DNA of 64,000 nucleotides. It comes from Felis catus (lineage: Eukaryota). Within the stretch, counting starts at the first letter, position 1; every line of letters begins with the position of its first letter. The notes under the pieces were generated by a model that was not told where the DNA came from, did not search any database, and worked only from the letters and a program-made list of their open reading frames with translations. The stretch spans positions 133,054,001-133,118,000 of the forward strand of contig NC_058368.1 in the NCBI RefSeq assembly GCF_018350175.1, given 5' to 3'. The translations under genes were made by a program, and so were the position numbers. Shown here one piece after another: positions 61,269-64,000 of this stretch.

Positions 61269-62030
61269 TGCTTCACACCTTCACATCACCAGCCTGGCCC
61301 CTCTCAGGGTACAACGTCTGCTCCCAATCTTATTAGAATAGCCATTTTTATGTCTGCCTGGTTTGCTGTTGCCTGCTTCAGGTTACAAGTTCTTAGGGTC
61401 GGGAAACTATTGAACTTCTTTTCTTCTAGCAGAATGTTAAGGGCAAATTAGTAATTAATAGTTAGGAGTTGATAATAGTCAAATACATAAACATCAACCC
61501 TCTTTCCTCCCTTTGCTTCTTCTCTACTTTCTGGGGAAATCTACAGCAGTTAAAAAGCATGATTGGGGACGTATACTTAGGTTAGATTCCATTTTACCTT
61601 TACTTACCCTACTCAGTTTGGACCTTTCATATATTTAGAGCCCTAGACACGTCAGTACCTGTTTAGAAGGAAACTGGTTCTGGCCCCTTTTGTTAATTTA
61701 AGACAGTACCTTGGTAATTGTCGTAAAGAGCAGACTTGATGTCAAAGCAGTGCAGGAAGGGATCTAGAGATAGTCAGGCTCAATACCTTTTCCAGAAGAA
61801 AGAACTGAGACTCAGAGCAAGGGACTTGTTTAGTGCCCCATCTCCATGAGTGGAGCCCAGTATACCTCTGTTGAGTTCCTGGCTTCTTTGGCTGGGTCAC
61901 ATAATATTTGTAAGAGGCTATCTTCTGCTTGGGGCTTGGCTCAAGACATTCATCTAAAGGTAATTAAATCTTTTAGATCGAATATCTATATTGAGTTGTT
62001 AAAATTGCATTTAAAAATGGAAGTGGTGAT

Positions 62031-62192
62031 TTTTTTATAACTTTTTGTAATATTTGTATTTATTTTTGAGAGAGAGAGAGAGGCATAGAGCTGTCAGCAC
62101 AGAGCCTGACATGGGGCTTGAACTCACAAACTGCAAGATCATGGCCTGAGCTGAAGCTGGACGCTTAGCCAACTGATCCACCCAGGCGCCCC
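62031..62192 (-). mobile_element. CanSINE (internal deletion)
   Basis: Head and tail are present, central segment is missing. Confidence 0.9.
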
Positions 62193-63094
62193 AGTGATGT
62201 ATTTTTATAGACCTAAAAAAAATTTGTCCTAGGCTTATATTCCCAAAAAGATTTAAGAATCAAGGCACAGAAACCAGATGATTTAAAAAATGTAAAGATT
62301 AATTTGATTATCCTACAAGTCCAAGTATTTAAATCATATTTTGAGATCATTATTTCATTATGGTAAATGTTTTTTTCTTCCATTTTATTTTATTATTTAA
62401 TATGAGTCATTTTATTGTTCTCCAAGGGTATAACTTTTAAATGAGTTAAAATGTTATATCACATTTTCCTTTATAACATGCAATTTAATTATTGTACTTA
62501 ATTCACTTAAGTGTTCATTTTCAGACTCAATTTGTAAGTGTCTTTCAAGTTACTGGATATAGAACTTCTTTTTCCTCATCATTCTCTTTTCTTTTACTTT
62601 TCCTTTCCTTTCCCTCTTTGTCGTAAAGTAAATTCTTCAGCATTATCTCTTGCTTGCAGGTTTTCACAGTTGTAGCCCATAAGAGCTAGGAGTGACTGGT
62701 GAGGTCCTCCTGTCTTGGGGTTCCTGACCTATTGTTGGCTTACATGTGTGAAGCCCTAGATAGGCTTTATCTATCTATTTATTTATCAAAGTGAGACTTG
62801 CAGCTGCTCAAGTGGGGAGCTTTTATGGGGACCCTTGAAATTGTGTGTGCAGTTTTGCATTCATGGCCATTTCTCTGGGAGGAGGGTCTATAGCTTCATC
62901 AAATCCTCAGAGGTATCCTTGACCCTATTAAGTGAGTGTCATTGATGAGAAAGGCAATGCCCAAGAAGAGAAAATAGCTCATCCGGGACCTCGTAAATAA
63001 GTAGGGACAGACTCAGGGGTACAAACTAGGTCTTCTGGCTTCCAGTACAAGGTGTTTCCTGCTGCGTTACAAAAACAGGGTTAGCTTCAGTTAA

Positions 63095-63571
63095 AAAAAA
63101 TTTTGTTTTAAATGTTTACTTATTTTTGGGGCGCCTGGGTGGCGCAGTCGGTTAAGCGTCCGACTTCAGCCAGGTCACGATCTCGCGGTCTGTGAGTTCG
63201 AGCCCCGCGTCGGGCTCTGGGCTGATGGCTCAGAGCCTGGAGCCTGTTTCCGATTCTGTGTCTCCCTCTCTCTCTGCCCCTCCCCCGTTCATGCTCTGTC
63301 TCTCTCTGTCCCCCCCCCCCAAAAAAAATAAATAAACGTTGAAAAAAAAATTAAAAAAAATGTTTACTTACTTTTGAGAGTGGGGGTGGGGTGGGGGAGA
63401 CAGAGTGCGAATGGGAGAGGGGCAGAGAGAGAAGGAGATACAGAATCCAAAGCAGGCTCCAGGCTCTGAGCTGTCACCACAGAACCTGATGTGGGGCTTA
63501 AACTCACGAACTATGAGATCATGACCTGAGCTGAAGTTGGACGCTTAACCGACTGAGCCACCTAGGCACCC
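63095..63571 (-). mobile_element. CanSINE interrupted in its tail by an opposite-strand SINE
   Basis: Body at 63358-63571, tail remnant at 63095-63127. Confidence 0.92.
63128..63357 (+). mobile_element. Young CanSINE nested in an older SINE
   Basis: TSD aaatgtttactta[t/c]tttt at 63110 and 63358. CpGs intact. Confidence 0.95.
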
Positions 63572-64000
63572 TGGCTTAGTTTCAATTTTAATGGAGTAAG
63601 TTTATGTGCAGTTTTTATGTCTTCTTAAATCTGTATGCCACAGATGCCTAAGGAATTAAAAATAAATTACTAATAAAATCAGAACAATGAAAACATCTTA
63701 TTGACCAATCGAGACCAAAATGCTAAGTTGCAAGTATTTGGTTTTCCTTCATAGAAAATTTTGCCTCCTCCCAGTAGGCCGGTATCATATATATCTGAAG
63801 ACAAAGCGAATGAGGGAGGATGGGGGGCAGAGAGAAAGAGGCAGGCAGGGGGTTCATGAGTGTTGGGGGTGTGGGGTGGGGGTAAACCAGGGAAAGAATA
63901 GTAAAAACTTCCAAGTAACCAAGTCCTTTCTCCTCCCTAACTTGTAACGGATGATGGGGCACCCTCCCTTGGGAGAACCCAGAATTATTGAAATTTCCAA

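Noticed and set aside
1..64000. tRNA genes, retroviral gag/pol/env, numts or prokaryote-type systems
   Set aside because: All tRNA-like A/B boxes belong to SINE heads, the LTRs are solo with no internal coding sequence, and I recognised no mitochondrial or bacterial sequence.

Overview
This is mammalian genomic DNA, most likely from a cat-family (felid) carnivore, judged from about 46 tRNA-derived CanSINE copies and carnivore-type LINE-1 ends. I found no recognisable protein-coding host gene, rRNA or tRNA gene, or CRISPR array. Every ORF I can assign to a protein family is a broken LINE-1 ORF1 or ORF2 piece. The dominant structure is a 13.7 kb nested LINE-1 block at 14677-28387 on the minus strand. 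A full-length L1 (19677-27369, 15-bp target-site duplication, TSD) sits in codon ~26 of ORF1 of a second full-length L1 from a different lineage, which has its own 15-bp TSD. This puts two unrelated L1 5'UTR promoters in tandem. The rest is CanSINEs (several nested or in close inverted pairs), 5'-truncated L1s, ancient L1M, L2 and MIR relics, MaLR and ERVL solo LTRs, hAT MITEs, microsatellites, and a few repeat-poor stretches with weak exon or enhancer hints. The minus-strand bias of the retroelements suggests a possible plus-strand intron, but this is unproven. I see no convincing new biological system. The best leads concern retrotransposon evolution and mutational mechanisms. Repeat family names come from recalled consensus features, not a database search, and boundaries without a stated TSD are approximate.
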